Shown piece after piece: positions 28,612 to 38,260 of a stretch of DNA of 64,000 nt. Every line of letters starts with the position of its first letter. Positions within the stretch are counted from its first letter, which is position 1. The stretch is taken from NCBI GenBank assembly GCA_963781585.1, contig CAWAGQ010000004.1, positions 64,001 through 128,000 of the forward strand, read 5' to 3'. A program made the position numbers and the translations under genes. The DNA comes from an uncultured Gemmatimonadaceae bacterium. Lineage in GTDB: Bacteria > Gemmatimonadota > Gemmatimonadetes > Gemmatimonadales > Gemmatimonadaceae. A model generated the notes under the pieces. It was not told the DNA's origin, searched no databases, and saw only the letters and a program-made list of their open reading frames with translations.

Positions 28612-29310
28612 TCAGGGCGCGGGGAACCGACGAAGGAGAGCCCGGACCGGAGCGGCGTCGGCGCCTTCGATCCGGACCGGCGCTGCCATCAGCTCGTATC
28701 TGCCGGCCTCGATGTTGCGCAGGTCGAGGTTCTCGAGAATGCACGCGCCGTGCGAAAAAAGCGCGCGGTGAACAGGCAGCGTGCGACTGGTGCGCGGATC
28801 CACCGACGGGGCGTCCACGCCCAGCAGTCGAAGGCCCGCGCTGAGCAGGGCGTCCGCGCACTGCTCCGACAGCACGGGCCAGTCATTGGGGAACGATCCG
28901 TCGGCGATGCTGCGCCCCGTCCTGAGGAGCAGACGGCCGCCGACAATCCGGTTGACCGCGACGTGCTCCAGGCCGATCTCGCCGACGCACGATCGCGCAT
29001 CCACCACCGTAGCCAGGCCCACGAACGCATCCAGCGGAAGATCTCCGGCACCCACCGACCCGGCCTCTAGGTGGACCGGTGCATCGGCATGGGTCCCCAC
29101 GTGCGGACTGCCGCACAGGACCGAGACGTTCACCGAGTCGCCGAGCGCGATCTGCCAGGTCCACCGGCACGAAAACGGGGTGTCACCCGGCCATTCCGGG
29201 GTTCCCTCGCGCAGGGCAACGCTGATGTCGATCAGCGTTTCGTCGCCCGGGGGTGCGGGGACCGCCTTGGGCGCACCGCCTGGCCTCGCATCAGCCATCG
29301 GTTGTCCCAT
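28612..29310 (-). CDS. kynB: Kynurenine formamidase (cyclase family)
   Basis: HVGTHADAPVH, GVDAPSVD, ILENL, DAAPVRA; adjacent to kynA. Confidence 0.85.
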   Translation of the reverse strand: MGQPMADARPGGAPKAVPAPPGDETLIDISVALREGTPEWPGDTPFSCRWTWQIALGDSVNVSVLCGSPHVGTHADAPVHLEAGSVGAGDLPLDAFVGLATVVDARSCVGEIGLEHVAVNRIVGGRLLLRTGRSIADGSFPNDWPVLSEQCADALLSAGLRLLGVDAPSVDPRTSRTLPVHRALFSHGACILENLDLRNIEAGRYELMAAPVRIEGADAAPVRALLRRFPAP

Positions 29311-30055
29311 CGCCCGCTGCGAAAACGCGCGATCGCACGCTCCAGAGCTCGGGAAAGAAGCGTTGCTGGAGTGTTCGCTGCAGGTAGCGGGCGCCCAATG
29401 TGCCGCCGGTCCCCTCGGTCTGTGGCCCGATCATGCGCTCCACCAGTTGCACGTGCAGGTACCGCCAGCGCTGGAATCCCTGCTCATACTCGATCAGGCT
29501 TTCGGCCAGCAGAAAGATCACCGACGGTGCGGGATCGGCGTACACCTGCTCCACGGTGAGGCCGGCGCGACGCAGAAAATCGAGCAGGTATTGCTGCAGG
29601 GTGGGTCGCGCCAGAGCCCGCTGCACCACCTCCGGGATCTCTCCATGCTCGCGCAGCACCTGCATGAAGTGGTCGTCGCGCAACCCGCTGAGGGCCTCGA
29701 TGGCGCGAAACTGCTCGCTCTGGCCTCCGCTGGCCGAGCCCAGATATCCGCGGAACTGCGCGAATCGCTGCGGCGGGAGCGTGTCGAGCGCGGAGAGCTG
29801 GGCGGCCACGATTCCGACCACGGCGTTGATGCGCCGCGTGACCGCCAGCGCCTCGAGCGCGGCGTCCGCCGTCAGGTGCCTGACGAGCAGGTCCAGCTCC
29901 CGCAGTATCACCTTGAACCAGAGCTCACTCGACTGGTGCACGATGATGAAGAGGAGCTCGTCGCCGTGCTCGGGCACCGAACGCGGCCGTTGCAGCCCTA
30001 GCAGCTCGTCAACCGCGAGATAGGTCCCGTACGTCAACTCCGGTGCGGAGGCCAC
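29291..30055 (-). CDS. kynA: Tryptophan 2,3-dioxygenase
   Basis: YGTYL, DELLFIIVHQSSELWFK, VERMIG...GTGGT. Confidence 0.93.
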   Translation of the reverse strand: MASAPELTYGTYLAVDELLGLQRPRSVPEHGDELLFIIVHQSSELWFKVILRELDLLVRHLTADAALEALAVTRRINAVVGIVAAQLSALDTLPPQRFAQFRGYLGSASGGQSEQFRAIEALSGLRDDHFMQVLREHGEIPEVVQRALARPTLQQYLLDFLRRAGLTVEQVYADPAPSVIFLLAESLIEYEQGFQRWRYLHVQLVERMIGPQTEGTGGTLGARYLQRTLQQRFFPELWSVRSRVFAAGDGTTDG

Positions 30056-30057
30056 GG

Positions 30058-30783
30058 TCAGAACGTCGAAACGGTGAGCGCGACCACGTCATCGACCCGC
30101 ATCGTCTCGGTGAGGTGAAAGGGCTCCCCGTAGCGCGTACGGATGAGCGATCCATAGTGGGCCGCCTGGTGCCGGATGATGTCGAGCAGCGACTCGCCGT
30201 TGGGGTACACCTCGCCCGCCTGGGTCACGTCGCCGAACTGGGATGCGTAGCACCGAATCGCTTCGACCTTGCGCTCGAACTCGTCGCTGACGTCCACCAC
30301 GAACGTGGGTTTGAGGTAGTCTTCGCGGTAGGCGATGCTGTGCAGCACCTTGAGCGGGCGATGTGGCGGCAGCGAGGGTTCGATGCGTCGCAGGCCGGCG
30401 ACGAAGCAGGCGTCACGGGCGAGCTCGGCGGTGGCCCGATGATCAGGATGGCGCCCGAACGGGAATGGTGCCGTCGTGATGACCACTCGCGGCTTGAGCC
30501 GGCGAATGACGCGAGCGACCAGAATGCGCGCGTCCGGCGTGTTCTCTATCCTCGAATCCGGCAGCCCCAGATTCTCACGAACCGACGCCCCGAGCACCTT
30601 GGCGGCGGCGGCGGCTTCGCGGACGCGGATTTCGGGAGACCCCCGGGATGCCATCTCGCCAGCGGCGAGGTCGAGGATACCAACGCGGTAGCCCTGGCTG
30701 GACGCCTTGAGCAATGTGCCTCCGCACGTGAGCTCCGCGTCGTCCGGGTGTGGGAAGATTGCCAGCAGGTCGAGGTCAGGCAT
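30058..30783 (-). CDS. bshB1: PIG-L family deacetylase, BshB1-like (bacillithiol biosynthesis)
   Basis: HPDDAEL, GEMASRG, RHPDH, FVVDVS, CYASQF; start at ATG 30783. Confidence 0.8.
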   Translation of the reverse strand: MPDLDLLAIFPHPDDAELTCGGTLLKASSQGYRVGILDLAAGEMASRGSPEIRVREAAAAAKVLGASVRENLGLPDSRIENTPDARILVARVIRRLKPRVVITTAPFPFGRHPDHRATAELARDACFVAGLRRIEPSLPPHRPLKVLHSIAYREDYLKPTFVVDVSDEFERKVEAIRCYASQFGDVTQAGEVYPNGESLLDIIRHQAAHYGSLIRTRYGEPFHLTETMRVDDVVALTVSTF

Positions 30784-31197
30784 CAGGGAAACGTACAGGC
30801 CGGCAGAGGATTTGGTGGTTCGAACGGTCGGGGATAGCGCCTTGTCGCGTCGCCTCCCCGGCAAACGGCCGCGCAATGCCTGTGGTGGCCAAGCCGCTCC
30901 GGTGCAGAAAGTTAAGGCAGATGAACGATTTCATTACGAATTGATTAAGGTCGGTTCGCGCTGGCGCTGATGGATCTACATTGGGCCGCCGAAACGGGAA
31001 TTGCGTCGCGATGATGGCTCTCCCTACCCGGAGGGCCCGGATGAGGGACAACCGGGAGGCACCATCGCGGTGTCTGAAGGACGTGCGGAACTCGCCCATG
31101 CCGAGTTGGGCGTCTGTCGCGAGGGTCTTGCTGGGCAACCGCGCCACGGGTCGTCGGGTCAGCCTCGCCGATTGAACCTCTCCCCCCGGAGCTTCGG

Positions 31198-32607
31198 ATG
31201 ATGCGCCTCTTTCGTCGTCGCTGGTTCATCCTTCTCGCGACCGCAGTGCTGGTGGGCGTGCCGAGTGCGTGGGTCTTGACGAGACGCGAGGCATCGGGGG
31301 GAGGCGCGGTGACGGCGCCGGTGAAGAAGGGGGAGTTCAAGGTCATCGTGACGACCACCGGAGAGCTCCGCGCGCTGAAGGATGTGCGGATCACCGGACC
31401 CATGAATGCCCAGCAGGCGCAGATCTACCAGCTCAAGATCTCCACCCTGATTCCCGAGGGAACGGTGGTAAAGGAGGGGGACGTGGTGGCGGAACTCGAT
31501 CGCGCACCGGCTGCGACCAAGCTCACCGAAGTCTCGCTCGCTCTGCAGAAGGCCCAGGCGCAATACGAGCAGGCGCAGCTCGACTCCACGCTCAACCTCT
31601 CGACGGCGCGCGAGGAAATGAAGACGATGGAACTCTCCCTCGAGGAGAAGCGGATCGCCAAGGAACAGGCGGTCTACGAAGCCCCCAGCATACAGCGCCA
31701 GGCGGAGATCGATCTCGAGCGGGCACAGCGCGCACTCGATCAGGCGAAGGTCGACTACGGGACCAAGACCGAGCAGGCGAAGGCCAAGATGCGCGAGGTC
31801 GGCGCCGACTACGATCGCCAGAAGAACCTGCTCGCGACCGTCCAGGACGTGATGGCGAATTTCACCATCAAGGCCCCGGGCCCGGGCATGGTCATCTACA
31901 TCCGCGAGTGGAACGGCAAGAAGCGGACGGCCGGGGCACAAATCGGATCGTGGGACCCCGCGGTGGCGACCCTTCCGGATCTGAGCCAGATGGAATCGAT
32001 CACCTACATCAACGAGATCGATGTCCGCAAGGTCGCGGTGGGACAGCCGGCCGTCGTCACCCTCGACGCCGATCCGTCCAAGCGGCTGGCCGGCACCGTG
32101 ACGCAGGTGGCCAACGTCGGCGAGCAGCGGCCTAACGCCGACGCCAAGGTGTTCGAGGTGCACGTGACCATCTCTCATCCCGACACCACGCTGCGCCCCG
32201 GCATGACGACCGGGAACGCGATCGAGACCTATTCAGTGCAGGATGCCCTTTCCGTGCCGCTCGAGGCAGTGGTCACCGAAGAAGGCGTGCCCTTCGTGTA
32301 CAAGACCCAGGGCTCGGGCGTGGTGAAGCAGGAAGTGGAGACGGGGGTGATGAATGACGACGCGGTCATCATCACGAGCGGCCTTACCGGGAAAGATCGC
32401 GTGTTGCTGTCACTTCCGTCGTCGACCTCCGGCATCGAGACGGTCCGGCTCCCCGGACCGGGGAAGACTCCGAAACCCACTGTTGGCGGAGACACCGGAG
32501 CGGACCGCCGCGCGGTGCCGCCATCCGATTCAGGCACGAAGGGCGACGCGCCGAAGCCCACTCCCGCCGCCCCGAAGATGCCGCCACCCGCCGTCCGTCC
32601 GGGCTGA
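31198..32607 (+). CDS. Efflux periplasmic adaptor (MacA/HlyD family)
   Basis: N-terminal TM, EGTVVKEGDVV lipoyl-like motif, long coiled coil, TIKAP, LRPGMT; Pro-rich tail. Confidence 0.9.
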   Translation: MMRLFRRRWFILLATAVLVGVPSAWVLTRREASGGGAVTAPVKKGEFKVIVTTTGELRALKDVRITGPMNAQQAQIYQLKISTLIPEGTVVKEGDVVAELDRAPAATKLTEVSLALQKAQAQYEQAQLDSTLNLSTAREEMKTMELSLEEKRIAKEQAVYEAPSIQRQAEIDLERAQRALDQAKVDYGTKTEQAKAKMREVGADYDRQKNLLATVQDVMANFTIKAPGPGMVIYIREWNGKKRTAGAQIGSWDPAVATLPDLSQMESITYINEIDVRKVAVGQPAVVTLDADPSKRLAGTVTQVANVGEQRPNADAKVFEVHVTISHPDTTLRPGMTTGNAIETYSVQDALSVPLEAVVTEEGVPFVYKTQGSGVVKQEVETGVMNDDAVIITSGLTGKDRVLLSLPSSTSGIETVRLPGPGKTPKPTVGGDTGADRRAVPPSDSGTKGDAPKPTPAAPKMPPPAVRPG

Positions 32608-32612
32608 TTCCC

Positions 32613-34034
32613 ATGCGCCTCGACGCGGTCCGCTTTGCGGAACTACGCGCCAAACTCATTGCGCACGTGATTTTCAGCATGCGCACGGCGTTCGAAGCCG
32701 TGGCGCACAACAAGCTGCGAGCCGGCCTGACATCGCTGGGCATCCTGTTCGGGGTGGCATCGGTCATCGCGATGCTGGCCATCGGGAAGGGAGCGGAAGC
32801 GGAGATCCTCGAACAGATGCGTCTTCTGGGAACGAACAACGTGGTCATCACGCCGCTGGTCGAGCAGAAGGAGGGCGCGGTGAAGGACCAGGATGAAAAG
32901 GGCAAGCAGACCAAGCGCGTGTCGCCCGGGCTGACGTATCAGGATGCGGAGGCAATCCCGGCGGTGATCCCGGACGTCGAGACGGTGAGCTCGGAGATCG
33001 TGCTCAACACCACGATCACCCGAGAAGGCAGGAGGCGGTCCGGCAAGGCCGTGGGAGTGGACACGACCTATTTCCGCCTGATGAATCTCGGCCTCAAGAG
33101 CGGCGCGATCTTCTCCGGACTCCAGGTGTCGCGCGGGCTTCCGGTCGCCGTCATCGGCTCTGGGGTGCGCACCCGCTTCTTCACGACCGAGGATCCCATC
33201 GGGAAGCCCATCAAGGTCGGCGATTCGTGGCTCACGGTGGTTGGGGTGCTCGAGGATCGCCACGTGGGCGGCGAGGTGACGCAGCGGCTGGGAATCCGGG
33301 ATCCCAATATGGATGTCTACATGCCCGTGCACACGATGCTGCTGCGCTTCCGCAACCGCGCCCAGTTGACCCAGCGGGACATCGAGGCTGCTGCGAAGGG
33401 GGGCGACGACGGGATGATCATCATTGGTGGTCCTGATCAGACCAGCAACCAGAGCGATGAGCAGCGCGCCGAGCGCACCAATATCAACCAGCTCGACCGC
33501 ATCATTGTGCGGGTGAAGGACTCGCGCACGGTGCCCGCGGTGGCGGGGATCCTGCAGCGGATGCTCCAGCGGCGCCACAACGCGATCATCGATTTCGAGA
33601 TCACCGTTCCCGAGCTGCTGCTGCGCCAGGAGCAGCGGACCAAGACCATTTTCAACGTCGTCCTCGGCGCTATCGCCTCGATCTCGCTGATCGTCGGCGG
33701 CATCGGGATCATGAACATCATGCTGGCGTCGGTCCTCGAACGCATCCGTGAAATCGGTGTGCGTCGTGCGACCGGAGCGACGCAACGCGACATCCTTTTC
33801 CAGTTCCTGAGCGAGGCGGTGATCATCAGTGTTGCGGGCGGCATCGCGGGCATCATCGTCGGCGCCGCGCTGAGCAGCGGGATCGAGCACCTCGCCGGTA
33901 TCAAGACCCTGGTATCGTACGTCTCGATCTTCGTGGCATTTGGTGTGTCGCTGACGGTGGGTCTCGGATTCGGGATCGTGCCCGCGTGGCGCGCCGCGCA
34001 GCAGGATCCGGTCGTCTGCCTTCGCTACGAGTGA
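32613..34034 (+). CDS. MacB/FtsX-type ABC permease (no ATPase domain)
   Basis: NKLRAGLTSLGI, VGGIGIMNIMLASVLERIREIGVR, PVVCLRYE. Confidence 0.9.
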   Translation: MRLDAVRFAELRAKLIAHVIFSMRTAFEAVAHNKLRAGLTSLGILFGVASVIAMLAIGKGAEAEILEQMRLLGTNNVVITPLVEQKEGAVKDQDEKGKQTKRVSPGLTYQDAEAIPAVIPDVETVSSEIVLNTTITREGRRRSGKAVGVDTTYFRLMNLGLKSGAIFSGLQVSRGLPVAVIGSGVRTRFFTTEDPIGKPIKVGDSWLTVVGVLEDRHVGGEVTQRLGIRDPNMDVYMPVHTMLLRFRNRAQLTQRDIEAAAKGGDDGMIIIGGPDQTSNQSDEQRAERTNINQLDRIIVRVKDSRTVPAVAGILQRMLQRRHNAIIDFEITVPELLLRQEQRTKTIFNVVLGAIASISLIVGGIGIMNIMLASVLERIREIGVRRATGATQRDILFQFLSEAVIISVAGGIAGIIVGAALSSGIEHLAGIKTLVSYVSIFVAFGVSLTVGLGFGIVPAWRAAQQDPVVCLRYE

Positions 34035-34039
34035 TTCCC

Positions 34040-35500
34040 ATGATGTATTCCGTCGCTCGCGCCGCCCGCCGCGTGGTGGCGCTCGTTATCGCGAGCGCGC
34101 CCGCGCTCGGCTCCCAGCAGCCCCTCACCCTCAAGCAGGCCGTCGAGATGGCGCAGCGGCAGGGGCTCCAGGCGCAGTCGGCGCGCAGCACGCGCGACGC
34201 GGCGCGCGCCCGTGACCACGCGTTCGGCGCGCGCCTGCTGCCCCAGCTCTCCCTGAGCGGGACCGTCCCGTCGTACAACCGCTCCATCATCTCGGCGCCG
34301 CAGCCCGACGGCAGTACCATTTTCGCGCCCCAGCAGCAGACCAATGCGTCGCTCAATCTGAACCTGACGCAGCGGCTCCCGTTTACCGGGGGCGACCTGA
34401 CGGTCTCGTCGGCGCTGGCGCAGCTGCGCGTCACCGGCACGCAGGACCGTCAGACGTGGTCATCCAGCCCGTTCACCATCGGCCTCCGGCAGGACATCCT
34501 GCGGCCCAACACCCTCGCGTGGGACCGCCGAGAGCAGGACGTGCGTCAGGACGAGGCTGAACAGCAGTACCTGGAGGCGCGCGAAGACATCGCGGTCCAG
34601 ACCACGTCTGCCTTCTTCGACCTGTACGCCGCACAAACCCAGTTGAGCAACGCGGTCACCAACGCCGCCGTCAACGACACGCTCTACAAGCTGAACCAGG
34701 GACGCTTCGAGGTGGGGAAGATCGGTGAGAACGATCTGCTGCAGAGCGAGCTGGCGTTGTTGCGGGCCCGCACCACGCTCGACGGGGCGCGACTCGAATA
34801 CGATCGCACGCTGGCAGCGCTGCGCCTCGCGATCAACGTCGGACCGGACACGCCGCTGGAGATTGAAGTCCCCGGCGAGGTGCCGACGTTCGACGCCGAC
34901 ACCGCGCAGGCGGTGCGGGAGGCGATGAAGAACCGCTCGCAGATCACCGACCTGGAACTGCAGGACGTCCAGGCGCGACGGCAGATCTCCCAGGCGAAGC
35001 TGAGCAACAGCGTCGGCGCGACTGTCGTGGCGAGCTACGGGTACAATGCGACCGCGCCAGACATGAATCTCGCCTATCACAATCTGCTGGAGGCGCAGAA
35101 GTTCTCCCTGACCCTGCAGATGCCGCTGGTGCAGTGGGGCGCGCACCACGCGGATGTGGAGGCCGCGCAGGCTGACCGCGAGCGCGTCATCGCCAGCGGC
35201 CGCGCCACGCGCGAGTCGGTGGCGCAGGAGGCCCACTTCGCTGCGCTGCAGCTCTCGCAATCCCGCCGCCAGCTGATCCTCTCGGCCAAGGCCGACACCG
35301 TCGGCGCCAAGCGATTCGAGGTCGCCTACAACCGATACGTCATCGGGCGCATCGCGATCGACAACCTGTACCTCGCCCAGAACGAGAAGGACCAGGCACT
35401 ACTGCAATACGTGCAGTCGCTCCGTGGCTACTGGACGGCGTACTATCGTCTGCGCCGGCTCACGCTGTACGACTTCGAGACGAACACCCAGATTCGCTGA
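34040..35500 (+). CDS. TolC family outer-membrane protein
   Basis: Signal peptide, LTLKQAVEMA, LPQLSLSG, RFEVG, LRRLTLYDF. Confidence 0.9.
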   Translation: MMYSVARAARRVVALVIASAPALGSQQPLTLKQAVEMAQRQGLQAQSARSTRDAARARDHAFGARLLPQLSLSGTVPSYNRSIISAPQPDGSTIFAPQQQTNASLNLNLTQRLPFTGGDLTVSSALAQLRVTGTQDRQTWSSSPFTIGLRQDILRPNTLAWDRREQDVRQDEAEQQYLEAREDIAVQTTSAFFDLYAAQTQLSNAVTNAAVNDTLYKLNQGRFEVGKIGENDLLQSELALLRARTTLDGARLEYDRTLAALRLAINVGPDTPLEIEVPGEVPTFDADTAQAVREAMKNRSQITDLELQDVQARRQISQAKLSNSVGATVVASYGYNATAPDMNLAYHNLLEAQKFSLTLQMPLVQWGAHHADVEAAQADRERVIASGRATRESVAQEAHFAALQLSQSRRQLILSAKADTVGAKRFEVAYNRYVIGRIAIDNLYLAQNEKDQALLQYVQSLRGYWTAYYRLRRLTLYDFETNTQIR

Positions 35501-35576
35501 CCCTGCGTCCGGCGGTGTGTGGGAGGCCTGTCCAGCGGTTCCCGCTCAGGCCGTTCGCCCACCAGCCGGTCTCGGG

Positions 35577-36821
35577 TCACTCGTACCGGAGCGCTTCCAC
35601 GGGATCGAGCCGCGCGGCGCGGCGGGCGGGAATGATGCCGAATGCCACCCCGATGGCGATCGACACGGCCACCGCCACGATCGTCTGGGCCAGGGGCGTG
35701 GGCGCGCGTACCGCGATGAGGGTGCTGAGCAGGCGGCCCAGCGCCAGCCCGGTGGCCACGCCAATGATGCCGCCGATGCCGGTCAGCGTGGCCGCCTCGA
35801 TCAGGAACTGGAGCAGGATGTCACGACGCGAGGCGCCTAACGCCTTGCGCATCCCGATCTCTCGGGTGCGACTGGTGACCGACACCATCATGATCGCCAT
35901 CACGCCGATGCCGCCCACCAGCAGGGCCACCGACGACAGGGACACCATCACCAGGAAGAACGCGCCGGTCAGCTGGCCGAACAGGTCGAGGATCTGGTCC
36001 TGGGTGATCAGGTCGAAGGAGTTCTTGTCCGTGGGTCGCAGATGGCGCATTTCCCGCAGCGCCACCGTCACCGCCTCCTCGGCCGCCGCGACCGTGACGC
36101 CGGGGCGCGGCTTCACCGGAATGAAGAGCCCGTTGGTCTTGTCGACGTCGAATTGCGCATCGAGCATCCGGTACGGCAGGACCGCGCCATTATCCGCCCC
36201 CGGTGGAGTGAAGATGTTCGATTCCGGGGCGTACAGTCCGATGATCTGGGCTGGACGACCACCGACCCGCACCACCCGGCCGAGCGGATCGACGCGACCG
36301 AGAAGTCGCCGGGCATGGGACTCGTCCACCACCACAACGCTTGCACCGCTGCGCAGCTCGGAGCGCGTGAACCAGCGACCCTCCACCAGCTGGCCGCCCA
36401 TGATGTCGGGAAAGTGCTCGTCGGCCCCGGTCACGGTCGTCGGCTGCGACCGCGACCCGGCTACCTCGAGCCGCGCCAGCGTCTGTCCCCACAGGCCGGC
36501 GTACCCGATTTCCGGAAGGGCCGCGATGCGATCGGCCTCGGCCGCCGACAGGTCGGGCCGCACCCGGACCCACTTCGGCAGCGCATCGGGATTGAGCGGC
36601 GTTTGCGAGAACACCTTCATCACGTAGAAGGTGGTGGGACCGGCTACCGCGATGGTGTTCACGATCTGCTGCTGCAGTCCGTTCACGATCGTCGCCATTG
36701 CCATGACCGTGCTGATGCCGATCACGACCCCGAGGATCGTCAGGGACGACCGCAACTTGCTGACCCGCAGCGTCTCCAGCGCGATGCCCAGGTTCTCGTG
36801 GATCTGGTCGAGGAGCTTCAT
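35577..36821 (-). CDS. MacB-type ABC permease (B' type)
   Basis: SKLRSSLTILG, GGIGVMAIMMVSVTSRTREIG, DPVEALRYE; ATG 36821. Confidence 0.9.
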   Translation of the reverse strand: MKLLDQIHENLGIALETLRVSKLRSSLTILGVVIGISTVMAMATIVNGLQQQIVNTIAVAGPTTFYVMKVFSQTPLNPDALPKWVRVRPDLSAAEADRIAALPEIGYAGLWGQTLARLEVAGSRSQPTTVTGADEHFPDIMGGQLVEGRWFTRSELRSGASVVVVDESHARRLLGRVDPLGRVVRVGGRPAQIIGLYAPESNIFTPPGADNGAVLPYRMLDAQFDVDKTNGLFIPVKPRPGVTVAAAEEAVTVALREMRHLRPTDKNSFDLITQDQILDLFGQLTGAFFLVMVSLSSVALLVGGIGVMAIMMVSVTSRTREIGMRKALGASRRDILLQFLIEAATLTGIGGIIGVATGLALGRLLSTLIAVRAPTPLAQTIVAVAVSIAIGVAFGIIPARRAARLDPVEALRYE

Positions 36822-36837
36822 CGGGCGCCCACGGCGG

Positions 36838-38079
36838 TCAGTCGGGCCGCATCGCCGCAACCGGATCGAGGCGGGCGGCGCGTCGTGCCGGGTAGACCCC
36901 GAACAGGATGCCAACACCCGCACCTAACGTGAGGGCCAGTCCGATGGACCACCACGTGACCCGGGCAGGAAGGGGCGAGGCGACGGCGATCAGCCGCGCC
37001 AGCGCCCACCCCCAGAACACGCCCAGCAGGCCGCCGAGGAGTGCCAGCGCGATCGCTTCGGCGAGGAACTGCCGTTCGATGTCGCGGGCGCGCGCGCCCA
37101 CGGCCTTGCGAATCCCGATCTCGTGGGTGCGCTCGCTCACCGACATCAACATGATGTTCATGATCACGATTCCTCCAACCACGATCCCGATACCGACCAC
37201 GGCCGGCACCACCGCAAACAGCACCCGGGTCAGAGTCTTCCAGAAGGACACCAGCGCGTCCGCGGTCTCGATAGAAAAATCGTTCTCCTGGGTCGGCCGC
37301 AGTCCGTGCGCCACCCGCATCGCTTCTTCGGCACGCTGCATCGCCGGCGCCACGTCGCTCGCGGTCGCCACCTTCACGGAAATGGTGGTGGTCGCCCGTC
37401 GCCCGTACAGCATCTCGAAGCGCGTGATGGGCATCATGACGAACGCGTCGAACGACTGTCCGAGCACGCGGCCCTTGCGCTGATTCACTCCCACGATCGT
37501 GAAGCGCTCCCCCAGAATGCGCACGTCGTGCCCCACCGCGTCGACTGTTTCGAACAGGTCCTGGGCGATCTGGGCGCCCACGACGATCACCGGCCGCCGC
37601 TCCTGCACATCCAGGGCGGTGAGTGGTCGTCCCCGGTCGATGCGGTAGTCCTGCACGATCTGGTATGGCGCCGTCACCCCGAAGATGGGCACATCGCCCA
37701 GCGTTCGGTCTCCCCACACCACATCCGCCTGCGGTGTGGGCCAGCCGGACTGGAGGCTCACGGCGTCCGCGTCGGGAAGGGCATCGATGATGACGCCGGC
37801 GTCGCGCGCGCTGATCTTTGGACGGCGCTGCGCGCGCCGCCATTCGTCATCGCTCAGCCGCGCAAAGTTGATCGGTGTGCGCCGGATCTGAAACGCGTTC
37901 GCCCCGATCACCGCCCCCGCGATGTTCTCCCGGACGTACGCGTTGAGGCCCTGGATGATCGCCACCACGGCGACCAGGAACGTCACGGAAACGATGATGC
38001 CGAGCAGCGTGAAGAAGGAACGCAGCTTGTTGGCTCGGATCTGCCCGATGGCAGTGGCGATGACGTCCTGAAAGCGCAC
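36838..38079 (-). CDS. MacB-type ABC permease (A' type)
   Basis: NKLRSFFTLLG, GGIVIMNIML, DPVAAMR; GTG 38079. Confidence 0.9.
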   Translation of the reverse strand: MRFQDVIATAIGQIRANKLRSFFTLLGIIVSVTFLVAVVAIIQGLNAYVRENIAGAVIGANAFQIRRTPINFARLSDDEWRRAQRRPKISARDAGVIIDALPDADAVSLQSGWPTPQADVVWGDRTLGDVPIFGVTAPYQIVQDYRIDRGRPLTALDVQERRPVIVVGAQIAQDLFETVDAVGHDVRILGERFTIVGVNQRKGRVLGQSFDAFVMMPITRFEMLYGRRATTTISVKVATASDVAPAMQRAEEAMRVAHGLRPTQENDFSIETADALVSFWKTLTRVLFAVVPAVVGIGIVVGGIVIMNIMLMSVSERTHEIGIRKAVGARARDIERQFLAEAIALALLGGLLGVFWGWALARLIAVASPLPARVTWWSIGLALTLGAGVGILFGVYPARRAARLDPVAAMRPD

Positions 38080-38193
38080 GGATGATCGATCTGGCCGCGG
38101 GCGGGATTCGCTGCGAAAACGGCGTTGTGAATGCTTCCCTGGGCGACCGGCCAATTCAAGTCGAGTCGCTCAACCGGTCATCCCGCTTCCGCT

Positions 38194-38260
38194 GGCCGCT
38201 GGCCTCCGGCCTCCGGCCTCTGGCCTCTGGCCTCGGCCTCCGGCCTCTGGCCTCCGGCCT
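38194..38260. repeat. Tandem 7-bp repeat (GGCCTCY), about 9 units
   Basis: ggccgct ggcctcc ggcctcc ggcctct ggcctct ggcctc ggcctcc ggcctct ggcctcc ggcct, abutting the permease stop at 38261. Confidence 0.9.

Noticed and set aside
28532..28861. 109-aa Arg-rich ORF next to kynB
   Set aside because: It overlaps kynB out of frame and has the composition typical of shadow ORFs.
31005..31070. Fluoride riboswitch or hammerhead ribozyme
   Set aside because: GCGATG and GATGAG are superficially similar, but the conserved 3' elements and catalytic core are absent.
35501..35576. Intrinsic terminator between the convergent efflux operons
   Set aside because: An imperfect GC hairpin is present (GGCCTG...AGCGG-ttc-CCGCT-CAGGCC) but there is no U-tract on either strand, so it is not called.
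38194..38260. CRISPR array
   Set aside because: The units are 7 bp with no spacers, and there are no cas genes.
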